A stretch of 64,000 bases of DNA, from NCBI GenBank assembly GCA_945828095.1, contig CALZOZ010000001.1:4652-68651 (forward strand). The letters are read 5' to 3'. Both the position numbers and the translations under genes were made by a program. The first letter of the stretch is position 1, and every line of letters starts with the position of its first letter. The notes beneath the pieces were generated by a model. The model ran no database searches. It was not told the origin of the DNA and was given only the letters and a program-made list of their open reading frames with translations. This document shows positions 55,107 through 64,000 of the stretch, in pieces. Source of the DNA: an uncultured Clostridia bacterium. Its GTDB lineage: Bacteria > Bacillota > Clostridia > Peptostreptococcales > Anaerovoracaceae.

Positions 55107-56531
55107 TTATAATTGCTGCGAAGCCATTAAATTATACATCTCCATGTCGTTTTCAACATCGGCATCGTAAACGATTTCTCCGCCAAGCACTGTAATGGAT
55201 GCATGAATTCTAGGCAGCAATTTAAGGTCAAGATCGAAAAGATTTTCATCGAAGATAGCCATATCGGCCAGCTTGCCCGGCTCTAAAGAGCCCAGTTTAT
55301 CGGACATTCCGACTACTGCAGCAGCATCTACAGTTAGATGGTCTATGGCTTCCTCCACCGAAGTTACGCTGCCTGTCAGGCTGCCTGGGGAGAATACGTT
55401 TGTCCCCCAAGTTTTGAAGGCGCTTTCCCAATAAATAAGGTCTGTTGTATCCTCTGATGAAAGCTGGCAGTCTGAGGCTATTACAAACATGTTTTTATAA
55501 CCCTTGCTGCGAACATGCTCCAGTGCATCGTAAGCCATCAGAAGGTCTTCCTTTTCGATTGCCTCCAGGAAAATTCCGAAGCCTTTGTCACATACATCTT
55601 CCAGAATCTTATTCAGTGAGTCCTGAGTGAAAGGAACAGGTGAATTGCTGTTGTCCAGGTATAGGTTCAGCATTTCAGCGTGAATCATGCCGCCCAGCTC
55701 CAGGCAGTTAGTGCGTCTGGCCATAAGGCGGTGAATAAGACCTTGCGGCAGCAGCGGACGGTTCATAAAATAGGAACCGAAAAATCTCTGACGCATCTGT
55801 CCTTCGTTATACAGTCCGATAATGGAGTCCTGATAGAGGCTCTCGAAGTAGTCCGGAGACTGCAGGTTCAGCACCGATGTAAAGCCCTTGTCTGCCAGAT
55901 CTGAAATTTCGGTGCGGACGGTTTCTTCTATAATATCAAAGTCAAAAGGTATGAGCAGATTGAGTACATATCCCACAGTGACAGTATCCACACATTCCTC
56001 TTCGGCGGTATCTACGATGATTCTGTCTGCAGCACTGTTGGTCCAGCAGTCAATGCAGTTGGTGCAGAGGAGCAGTACAGGCTTGTCAGGGCAAACCTCA
56101 TCAAGGAGTCTTGATGATGCTGAGAATTCATCCTCTTCTCCGTCCTCCGGCTTCAGATCGTCTCTGTAGCCGTAGCCGAATATGATTTCATTATCCGGGT
56201 TTTCGTCCGCCCAGTCTCTTATTGCTTCAGCCACATCTTCGGGACAGCTGCATTCTGACAGGTCAGCATACCGGCCCTCAAATGTCTTGAGCACCGGGCT
56301 TCTGTGAATATCTATGAAGCCGGGGAATACATACTTTCCGTCTAAATCTATGATTTGTGTATCATTTCCGATGATTCCGTCCATATCGTCAAAATTGCCT
56401 ACGGCCATAATTTCCTCGCCTTTGCAGGCAACGGCGGAAGCCCACGGCAGTTCGGGATTCTGTGTAAATACATGCCCGTTATGTAAAATTAAATCTGCTG
56501 CTTCTACTTTCTTAAAAAAACCAAAAGCCAT
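55107..56531 (-). CDS. amidohydrolase-3 (YtcJ-like) family protein with a degenerate metal motif
   Basis: ADLILHNGHVFT...PGFIDIHRSP, where family members usually carry an HxH metal motif. Confidence 0.7.
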   Translation of the reverse strand: MAFGFFKKVEAADLILHNGHVFTQNPELPWASAVACKGEEIMAVGNFDDMDGIIGNDTQIIDLDGKYVFPGFIDIHRSPVLKTFEGRYADLSECSCPEDVAEAIRDWADENPDNEIIFGYGYRDDLKPEDGEEDEFSASSRLLDEVCPDKPVLLLCTNCIDCWTNSAADRIIVDTAEEECVDTVTVGYVLNLLIPFDFDIIEETVRTEISDLADKGFTSVLNLQSPDYFESLYQDSIIGLYNEGQMRQRFFGSYFMNRPLLPQGLIHRLMARRTNCLELGGMIHAEMLNLYLDNSNSPVPFTQDSLNKILEDVCDKGFGIFLEAIEKEDLLMAYDALEHVRSKGYKNMFVIASDCQLSSEDTTDLIYWESAFKTWGTNVFSPGSLTGSVTSVEEAIDHLTVDAAAVVGMSDKLGSLEPGKLADMAIFDENLFDLDLKLLPRIHASITVLGGEIVYDADVENDMEMYNLMASQQL

Positions 56532-56641
56532 GTGTTTTCCTCCTGTGTTAGTGTCTGTGTATATGAATTATTGTATCATAAATCCTCAGGCTGTGGTATA
56601 CTAAATGCAGGAAAAACTAAAAAGGGAGAGGATGATGGGCC

Positions 56642-57172
56642 ATGTACACACTTCAAAAGTTTGAGAGAAAGATACCTGTAACAGACTACATAAGTGACTA
56701 TGTAAATGTGAATGAGTTTCTTGAATACTGCCGCAGCTGCCCTAATTTTGATAAGGTCTGGTCATGTCCGAGTTATGATTTTGAACCGGAGGAATACTGT
56801 AAAAACTACAGCAGCCTTTATGTGCTGGGATATAAGATAAATTTCGACGGGTCTGAGTCTGAGGAAAGAAGTCTTGAAATCATGGCGGAGGTCAAGGAGA
56901 AGATTACCACTGAACTCTTTGATATGGAAAGCACCCGCCCGGGGTCCGTATCTCTTTCGGCGGGAAGCTGCAGTCTCTGCGGCAAAGGGAACTGCACCAG
57001 AACATCGGGCAAGCCATGCAGATATCCGGAGAAAATGCGATATTCCATAGAGTCTCTTGGCGGCAATGTGGGAAAGACTGTCCATGACCTTTTAGGAATA
57101 CCCCTGGAATGGATTGAAGAGGGCAAAGTGCCTTCATACTTCGTTTTGGTTGGCGGCCTCCTTGAAAAATAG
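56642..57172 (+). CDS. DUF2284-like Cys-rich metal-binding protein
   Basis: CRSCPNFDKVWSCP and CSLCGKGNCTRTSGKPC clusters. Confidence 0.55.
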   Translation: MYTLQKFERKIPVTDYISDYVNVNEFLEYCRSCPNFDKVWSCPSYDFEPEEYCKNYSSLYVLGYKINFDGSESEERSLEIMAEVKEKITTELFDMESTRPGSVSLSAGSCSLCGKGNCTRTSGKPCRYPEKMRYSIESLGGNVGKTVHDLLGIPLEWIEEGKVPSYFVLVGGLLEK

Positions 57173-57184
57173 AGATTTATGTAC

Positions 57185-57213
57185 TTGATTGAAGACACGG
57201 AATGGAGTATAAT
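57185..57213 (+). promoter_or_regulatory. sigma-70-like promoter
   Basis: TTGATT-N17-TATAAT. Confidence 0.5.
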
Positions 57214-57264
57214 TATATAGTTATAGGAAAAGTAAACAATTTCACTTTTTAAAAGGAGATATAC

Positions 57265-58455
57265 ATGGAAAGAAGAATAGGAACCGTCTCCCGCGGACTT
57301 CGCGGACCGATTATCAAAGAAGGCGATGATTTAAAGAAGATTGTAGTTGACACTCTTATGGGATGCCTTGAGGCAGGCGATTTTGAAATCGGCAGCAAGG
57401 ATGTGCTGGCGGTTACGGAATCCATTCTGGCTCGCGCACAGAAAAACTATGCTACTACCGACCAGCTTGCTGAGGATGTAAGAAACAAGCTCGGCGGAGA
57501 GACTGTAGGTGTTGTTTTCCCTATCTTAAGCAGAAACAGATTCGCAATATGTCTCAGAGGAATTGCAAAGGGATGTAAAAAAGTTGTGCTTATGCTCAGC
57601 TATCCGAGCGACGAAGTGGGAAATCACCTGCTGGATTTAGATCTGCTTGACGAAAAGGGAGTAAATCCTTATACCGATGTTCTCACACAGGAAGAGTTTG
57701 AGGCAACTTTCGGAAAGTCCAAGCATACTTTCACAGACATCGACTATGTAAACTACTATAAGGGAATTATTGAAGAGGAAGGTGCAGAGGCTCAGATTAT
57801 CTTTGCAAACAACGCTCGTAAAATTGTAGAGTACACTGACAAGGTTATCTGTGCTGACATTCATACCAGAAAGAGAACCAAGAGACTTATCACTGAAGCA
57901 GGCGGAAAGGTTGTACTCGGCATGGACGAGCTTCTTACAGCTCCGGTCAACGGTTCAGGCTACAATCCTGACTACGGAATTCTGGGTTCAAACAAGGCTA
58001 CAGAGGATACCATCAAGCTGTTCCCGATTAACTGCCAGGAATTCGTTGAAGGTGTTCAGGCTGACATCAAGGAAAGAACCGGAAAGACTGTTGAGGTTAT
58101 GGTTTACGGCGATGGCGCATTCAAGGACCCTGTAGGAAAGATCTGGGAACTTGCAGACCCTGTAGTTTCTCCTGGGTTCACTTCAGGACTGGTAGGCCAG
58201 CCTAATGAGCTTAAGCTTAAGTACCTTGCAGACAATGATTTTGCAGACCTCCGCGGCGACGAGCTTAAGGCAGCTATCGAGGACGCTATCCGCGAAAAGG
58301 ATGACAATCTGGTAGGACAGATGGCTACAGAAGGAACCACACCTAGAAGATTAACAGACCTTTTAGGTTCACTGTGCGACCTTACCAGCGGCTCCGGAGA
58401 CAAGGGAACCCCGTTCATCTATATTCAGGGATACTTCGACAATTACACAGACTAA
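57265..58455 (+). CDS. F420-0:gamma-glutamyl ligase (CofE)-like family protein
   Basis: N-terminus GPIIKEGDDL...VLAVTESILARAQ resembles the CofE fold. Call made from memory. Confidence 0.5.
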   Translation: MERRIGTVSRGLRGPIIKEGDDLKKIVVDTLMGCLEAGDFEIGSKDVLAVTESILARAQKNYATTDQLAEDVRNKLGGETVGVVFPILSRNRFAICLRGIAKGCKKVVLMLSYPSDEVGNHLLDLDLLDEKGVNPYTDVLTQEEFEATFGKSKHTFTDIDYVNYYKGIIEEEGAEAQIIFANNARKIVEYTDKVICADIHTRKRTKRLITEAGGKVVLGMDELLTAPVNGSGYNPDYGILGSNKATEDTIKLFPINCQEFVEGVQADIKERTGKTVEVMVYGDGAFKDPVGKIWELADPVVSPGFTSGLVGQPNELKLKYLADNDFADLRGDELKAAIEDAIREKDDNLVGQMATEGTTPRRLTDLLGSLCDLTSGSGDKGTPFIYIQGYFDNYTD

Positions 58456-58528
58456 AAAACAGAATTGACTTACTGCCGGCTTATAGTGCCGGCAGTTTTT
58501 ATAAGGCACATAATATGGAGGAACAACA

Positions 58529-59419
58529 ATGATAAAGATACCTTGCACATCTAAAATAGATATAATGTCCGCTTCAAACGCGCCTGCAGCCCGCTGTAAG
58601 GACGGAGATACAGTAATATTTGAAACCATGGACTGCTATGACGGCGCAGTAAGCCGTGATGGAATCCGTGACTGGGAAGGAAAGGTGTGCGGAAAGTACA
58701 TGGCTAACCCTGCCACAGGTCCGCTTTATGTAGAGGGCGCTGAACCGGGAGATGCACTTGGGGTAGAGATTTTATCCATCAAAACACGGGGCTGGGGAGC
58801 TATGGGTACCGGCTTCGGTGAGCACGGCTTCAAAAACTATGAAGGTGAATATGTGATGCGTGCCTTTGAGTTTGAAGACGGTTTTGTTAAAATCGGCGGA
58901 AAGAAAATTGCAATTGAGCCCATGATAGGAGTAATAGGCGTAGCTCCTGCGGGAGACGGAATACCAACCGTAACACCGGATTCCCATGGCGGCAATATGG
59001 ACTGCAACAAAATTGTGGAGGGCTCAACTATCCTTTTCCCTGTGGCGGCAGAAGGAGGACTTTTGGCTATGGGCGATCTCCACGCTCTCATGGGCGACGG
59101 AGAGGTATTCGAATACGGCCTTGAGACTTCAGGTGAAGTGACAGTGCGAGTAAAGGTAATAAAAAAAGCAGAACTGCGTCAGCCGACACTGGCTGAGGCT
59201 GATGAAAAAGGCCGTGTGATGACTATAGCATCTGCTCTTACATATGAGGATGCTATCCGTCTGGCACTGGAGGCCATGTATGAACTGCTGTTGGCAAAGG
59301 GCTGGGACAAAACAGAGGCAGGTATGCTCATGAGCATGAAGTGCGACCTGGCAATCTGTCAGATTGTGGACCCGCAGGTTACAGTAAGAGCTATGATGGA
59401 CAAGGAGTTTTTTGAATAA
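58529..59419 (+). CDS. acetamidase/formamidase family protein
   Basis: ANPATGPLYVEGAEPGD, HGGNMD and GDLHALMGDGE motifs. Confidence 0.75.
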   Translation: MIKIPCTSKIDIMSASNAPAARCKDGDTVIFETMDCYDGAVSRDGIRDWEGKVCGKYMANPATGPLYVEGAEPGDALGVEILSIKTRGWGAMGTGFGEHGFKNYEGEYVMRAFEFEDGFVKIGGKKIAIEPMIGVIGVAPAGDGIPTVTPDSHGGNMDCNKIVEGSTILFPVAAEGGLLAMGDLHALMGDGEVFEYGLETSGEVTVRVKVIKKAELRQPTLAEADEKGRVMTIASALTYEDAIRLALEAMYELLLAKGWDKTEAGMLMSMKCDLAICQIVDPQVTVRAMMDKEFFE

Positions 59420-59562
59420 AGTGTATCGGGAATTATACCGGAGGTGTTTTAGGAAGTGCAACCGATGGTTGCCAAGGTGCTAGAGAAAATTGGCAGACAT
59501 AGAGGCAGGCTTATGCTATACTTATGCTACAGATGAGGAAATAAGAAAGGAATGAGAATGGT

Positions 59563-60426
59563 ATGAGTTTAGGGGAGAGAATAGCGGAATATCGCACAAA
59601 ACAGCATATGTCTCAGAATGATCTGGCAGATGCCCTTGACGTATCCCGTCAATCAGTATCTAAATGGGAAACGGACGCATCGGTTCCCGAACTTGAGAAA
59701 CTGGTGCAGCTCTGCGATATTTTCGGTGTTTCCATGGATGTGCTGGTGCGCGGAAAGGAGGGAGCCCCGGATTATATTGATAATGGAACTGTTGATAAAG
59801 AACCTAATGATGGCTGTAGAAATGGAAAAGCAGAAATATATACAGGGGCTTACGGAATCGAAAAAAGAAAAATTGCCGGAACTATACTGCTATGTATGGC
59901 TTTCACCGTAATGATGCTGATTGGTGCAATAAGCAGGGATTTTCTCGCAGCAATGTGCATGGCAGTTCCTTTCGTGGCTTGTGGTGTGGTCTGCTTTTGC
60001 TTTCAAAGGCGAGTTGGGCTCAAATGTGCATGGACCATTTATTTTATGGCAGAGCTTGTCTTGAGATTTGCGACATCAATACAACCGGGGTATATACTGA
60101 CAGTAATTGAAGGATATGGGGAACCTTACATTGTATTTTGGTTTGCACTTTTGGAACAGCTGCTCAAGGTGGTACTGATTATATGTACAGTGTGGAGTTA
60201 TAGAAATATTGAAATAACGATGAATCAAAGGGTAAAGAGCCTACTGAAGACAGGCTGGGCAGATTTCATAATACTTTGCGCAGGATTATTTTTTATGAGA
60301 TATCAAAGCCCGGGATGGTATCTTGTGTATGTATTGCTGCGTGACTGGGCAGCATTTACATTTCTAGCGGTACTGCTGGTATTTACATATAATGTTTGGA
60401 TTCAAAATAAAGAGATCTCGAGATGA
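59563..60426 (+). CDS. XRE-family HTH protein with multi-TM C-terminal domain
   Basis: MSQNDLADALDVSRQSVSKWE HTH, then about 5 TM helices. Confidence 0.75.
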   Translation: MSLGERIAEYRTKQHMSQNDLADALDVSRQSVSKWETDASVPELEKLVQLCDIFGVSMDVLVRGKEGAPDYIDNGTVDKEPNDGCRNGKAEIYTGAYGIEKRKIAGTILLCMAFTVMMLIGAISRDFLAAMCMAVPFVACGVVCFCFQRRVGLKCAWTIYFMAELVLRFATSIQPGYILTVIEGYGEPYIVFWFALLEQLLKVVLIICTVWSYRNIEITMNQRVKSLLKTGWADFIILCAGLFFMRYQSPGWYLVYVLLRDWAAFTFLAVLLVFTYNVWIQNKEISR

Positions 60427-60904
60427 GGTCTTTTTTCTTTTGACCTTTTTCTTTGCAAAAAGAAAAGATTTTCGACCAAAAAGAAAAAACAGCATCAGTT
60501 TTATGCATTTTTTTCCTTCGAAACCCTCAAACCCTTGAAAATAAAATCAAAGTTAGAAAACGTTTTTCAGACCCATTTCTCAATGATGCAATAAATGCCG
60601 GAGAATATGGAATTGATTCCATATAATATAAAAATTATTCAGCGTTTCCAGCCTCCTAATTAGAAGAACACTTACCACGCAGAGAGTGGTTTTCCGATTC
60701 CTAAAATTTTTATGCGCTCTGTAGCTCTTGGTGAGAAAAAAATGTATAAAACCGGAGAGGTATTCTCTCGATGAGAAAAACACACAGCTGTACCACCGAG
60801 ACAAACACCCAGCAGCCTCTCATGGTTTCGGCCAACTCAACCGACGGTTTGTTGCCATATTTTCTAAAAGGTGATAAGATTAACACTGTGAAAGGAGTAT
60901 CACC

Positions 60905-61666
60905 ATGGATTATGAAAAGACAGGAAAACTCATACAGGAGATACGAAAAGAAAAAGAGCTGACACAGATGTCGCTGGCAGATAAACTGGGCGTTACTGAC
61001 CGGGCTGTATCCAAATGGGAACGGGGAAAAAGCTTTCCTGATGTCTCTATGCTGAGACCTCTCGCAGAGGTGCTGGACGTGTCGGTCAGCGAGCTGCTGG
61101 ACGGAGAGCGCAGGTCACAGGATAAAGTCCTGTATCCGGACGGAGCAGCAGCCATAACGGTTGAGGCTGCGGATAATGCGGCAATAAAGGGAATCAGTAC
61201 ATATATAAATGAAGCCCAGAAAAAGGAACGACTTTGGATGATTGCCTTTGCCATATTGATTCTGCTTTATATCTTTACAGTAAGCTGGATTTGCAGGGAG
61301 CGCAATTCGCCGGTAAACTTTCAGGAAGATGATCTGGATTTTACTGAAATTCGTTTGGTCATGGAAGACAGAAGTGTGGAAATGATATATCTGGATGATC
61401 CTGAGGGCGAGGAACTGAAGGCAGAAATACAGGAAGTCCTGCGCAATCAGATGCCGGAGGCAGAAACCATGGGAAAATTGGTTGTTTTGCCGGGCGAGTC
61501 GGCTCAGGGAGCTTCTGTACAACTGAGAGGGCTGGTTACCGTCTATGAGGGTGTCTACTATGATGGTAAAAGCTATGAATACTATACCTTCCCCGACATA
61601 GATCGGATTTACCGGACGCTTTTAAGTATGTGCAGCGATCAGCTAGCTGAAACGGGGGTGTTCTGA
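60905..61666 (+). CDS. XRE-family HTH protein with a single TM and an extracytoplasmic domain
   Basis: LTQMSLADKLGVTDRAVSKWERG HTH; TM helix LWMIAFAILILLYIFTVSWI. Confidence 0.75.
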   Translation: MDYEKTGKLIQEIRKEKELTQMSLADKLGVTDRAVSKWERGKSFPDVSMLRPLAEVLDVSVSELLDGERRSQDKVLYPDGAAAITVEAADNAAIKGISTYINEAQKKERLWMIAFAILILLYIFTVSWICRERNSPVNFQEDDLDFTEIRLVMEDRSVEMIYLDDPEGEELKAEIQEVLRNQMPEAETMGKLVVLPGESAQGASVQLRGLVTVYEGVYYDGKSYEYYTFPDIDRIYRTLLSMCSDQLAETGVF

Positions 61667-63094
61667 TTGAACAAATTTTTATCTTTAATTTTCCTGTACA
61701 ACAGAGCAAGTTATAAAAAAATCCTGCTTATTTTAGGAGCCATTCCATTATGCTTTCTGGCAATTTTCTTATTGAGAATAGGTAATCCTTACGAAACCAG
61801 CTCCTATATGCTTATGGAACGCGCTTTTGGAGGAGTATGGGCGGTTCTGGTACTTATTGCTGTAAATCTTTTGGGACTGATATTGGTAGTAAACTCTTTA
61901 AATGGGAAAAAAGCCTTGAAGGCGGCCCATTCAACCACCGGGTATACAATGAGAAGACTGCACTTGTCACCTATTTCATCTTACCTTACAATTTTCGTTT
62001 ACTATCTTGCTATGATTCTGATATTCTGGGGCGCGGCAATAGCTTCTTTATACGCAATCGGAAAGCTGGGGCTGGTCATGACAGGAGCCACAGGCATTGA
62101 CACAAAACTTGCACTGGGCCTGTTAAGGACGAAAATAGGGTCCGCTTTGATTCCGATTTCACATCCGACAGTAATCGCATTTAATATTGTTTCGGTATTG
62201 GCTTTGGCAGGCGAATGCGCCAGGTCATGTTATTTAAGCTGGCATAACGGGACCCCATCAGCAGGGGTGGTACTGGTCATAGTTCCCATGTTTCTTATCT
62301 GGACCTATACCCCTGAGAGCAGTTACACACTCATAGCAATTATGATTATTATTATTTACGCTTTATTTTGCTTTGGAGATGTGCTTTCCAGAGAAAAACG
62401 TCCTAAGGGTGATCCATTCAAGGTTAATAAATACGCAGGATTAATGGATCTAGACAGCGACGAATTTGATGACAGCGTTCACCTTGCGGTGAATAGCCCC
62501 GCCTTACATTCTGATTCATCATCCTCGGACACATCCCTTCTGCAGCGCTACGGCAGAGCCGCGGAAAATGTTGAAAGAAAAGGTCTTAAATTTGTTAATC
62601 CGGGCTGGCTGAGACGCAGATTTATGCCGCTGGGAATAAACATGGAAAAATCAAATGCCTTATTTGGAGGGTGTATTTTTGTAGGCTTTGCCGGGCATCT
62701 CCTTTTCTTTGGCAGATACCTCCTGCAGCTGAACGTAATAAATAACAGCATCAAAGGAATAACAATAGATTCGGGCCTGAAAATGCCTTACTTCTGGGAG
62801 CTTCAGCAACACACATATTACGGATACATTATAGCCATTCTATTGGTTTTATTCATTCAGGCATACTGGAATTACGCATACTACAATAAGGAGACTAAAA
62901 GTGTGTACGTTATGAAAAGGCTTCCTGACAGAAAAGAGTATCAGAGAACTATCTGGATATCACCTGTCATAGAGGCCCTTTCCATAGCAGGGATAATGGT
63001 GGCGCATACCGTAATTGATTTACTTATGTATGCTGTCGCGACACCGGAAATCGCACTTTATCCGGATTATCTATCGCATATTTTACCATTTTAG
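61667..63094 (+). CDS. polytopic membrane protein, hypothetical
   Basis: TTG start directly abuts the upstream TGA. About 10 TM helices; no family recognised. Confidence 0.5.
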   Translation: MNKFLSLIFLYNRASYKKILLILGAIPLCFLAIFLLRIGNPYETSSYMLMERAFGGVWAVLVLIAVNLLGLILVVNSLNGKKALKAAHSTTGYTMRRLHLSPISSYLTIFVYYLAMILIFWGAAIASLYAIGKLGLVMTGATGIDTKLALGLLRTKIGSALIPISHPTVIAFNIVSVLALAGECARSCYLSWHNGTPSAGVVLVIVPMFLIWTYTPESSYTLIAIMIIIIYALFCFGDVLSREKRPKGDPFKVNKYAGLMDLDSDEFDDSVHLAVNSPALHSDSSSSDTSLLQRYGRAAENVERKGLKFVNPGWLRRRFMPLGINMEKSNALFGGCIFVGFAGHLLFFGRYLLQLNVINNSIKGITIDSGLKMPYFWELQQHTYYGYIIAILLVLFIQAYWNYAYYNKETKSVYVMKRLPDRKEYQRTIWISPVIEALSIAGIMVAHTVIDLLMYAVATPEIALYPDYLSHILPF

Positions 63095-63105
63095 GAGGGC
63101 GTAAA

Positions 63106-63828
63106 ATGATTGAGGTAAAAAACGTATCTAAGGAATACAAGGGAAAGGTTGCCCTTTCAAACTGCAATATCCAGATTCCCAAGGGACAGATAATCGGTCT
63201 CTTCGGAGCTAACGGAGCAGGTAAAACCACATTGATGAAATGCATAATGGGCTTTCTGACCTTCGAGGGCGAAATAACACTGGATGGAGAAAAGATAGAT
63301 GAGAGCAACATCGCTAAGTTATCTTTTGCAACCGGTGATCATTCTTTCTTTCCGTCTATCACGGCAGATGACCACAAGTGGTTTTATAAGATGCAGTTTC
63401 CGACCTTCAGGGAAAAACGTTATGAAGCCCTGATGGAATTTTTTGAACTGCCGACAAAGAAGAAAATCAGCGAATTCAGTCTGGGGCAGCAGAACCAGTT
63501 TGAAGTGGTCCTGGCAATCAGCCAGGGTGCCGAATATATCTTCATGGATGAACCTTTCGCCGGTAACGATGTGTTTAACAGAGAGGACTTTTATGAAGTG
63601 CTGGTAAGCGTTTTAGATGATGACGAGACGGTAATCATATCCACTCATTTAATTGAAGAAATTGCCGATTATATCGACAGAGCCATTCTCATAAGAAAGA
63701 GTGAGATTATAGATGATCTGAGCGTGAAAGAGATAGAAGAATCCGGAAGAACCTTAATTGAAATTGTAAAGGAAAAATATGATTACAGGGCAGACCGTAT
63801 CAGAACAGCTGTAGATCAGATGAGATAA
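63106..63828 (+). CDS. ABC transporter ATP-binding protein
   Basis: Walker A GANGAGKTT; signature-like FSLGQQ; Walker B IFMDEP. Confidence 0.85.
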   Translation: MIEVKNVSKEYKGKVALSNCNIQIPKGQIIGLFGANGAGKTTLMKCIMGFLTFEGEITLDGEKIDESNIAKLSFATGDHSFFPSITADDHKWFYKMQFPTFREKRYEALMEFFELPTKKKISEFSLGQQNQFEVVLAISQGAEYIFMDEPFAGNDVFNREDFYEVLVSVLDDDETVIISTHLIEEIADYIDRAILIRKSEIIDDLSVKEIEESGRTLIEIVKEKYDYRADRIRTAVDQMR

Positions 63829-63843
63829 GGAGAGTCATTAATT

Positions 63844-64000
63844 ATGAAAAAATCTATTATTATATTTTTGACGTCGGCACTTCTCTCAGTTGTGATGGTT
63901 GCCTACGGCTGGGCTTTCGTGGATGAACGGATTGGTGAAGCTGAGCTGACGGAAGAAACCATTACAGGAAACAGAGACGCGGCAGACGGACTTATGGTGG
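63844..64000 (+). CDS. hypothetical membrane/secreted protein (3' end outside window)
   Basis: MKKSIIIFLTSALLSVVMVAYGW signal/anchor. The ORF runs to the window edge. Confidence 0.4.
   Translation, partial: MKKSIIIFLTSALLSVVMVAYGWAFVDERIGEAELTEETITGNRDAADGLMV

Overview
By gene content this looks like a chromosomal segment of a Firmicute, probably Clostridia/Lachnospiraceae-like; that taxonomy is inference only. No rRNA, tRNA, CRISPR array, transposase or integrase was recognised. Housekeeping genes: gyrA 3' end, an anti-sigma kinase plus SigB/F/G-type sigma pair, trpS, and rpsF-ssb-rpsR. Metabolism: a complete histidine-utilisation operon (hutH-hutU-hutI, formimidoyl-THF cyclodeaminase, glutamate formimidoyltransferase, GntR regulator) plus an unlinked hutG and a formamidase. 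There is also a larE-larB-larC nickel-pincer cofactor cluster translationally coupled to a Nik/Opp-type ABC importer, with no larA in view. Accessory genes: an MNT/HEPN toxin-antitoxin cassette flanked by a 48-nt direct repeat, a Fic protein with an inhibitory motif, and an HTH-Uma2 fusion. Two LytTR/HPK10 (AgrC/ComD-like) two-component systems lack any visible pheromone or exporter gene, but each has recognisable direct-repeat promoter boxes. System 1 (14.1-16.1 kb) is flanked by two ComE-type boxes (CATTTCAG-N12-CATTTCRG). One faces a deacetylase plus twin-bactofilin operon, the other a GLUG-repeat surface protein and a transglutaminase-like protein. The most interesting region is a roughly 9-kb, visibly AT-rich island (about 35.9-44.9 kb). 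It starts at a truncated membrane-protein gene and carries system 2 with a duplicated 47-nt direct-repeat promoter element. Downstream is an array of uncharacterised secreted proteins, lipoproteins and small polytopic membrane proteins. The array shows near-identical segmental duplication, a deletion pseudogene and orphan 3' gene fragments. This resembles cassette shuffling in toxin/immunity loci, but no family was recognised. All product calls come from reading motifs in the supplied translations; no database search was run.
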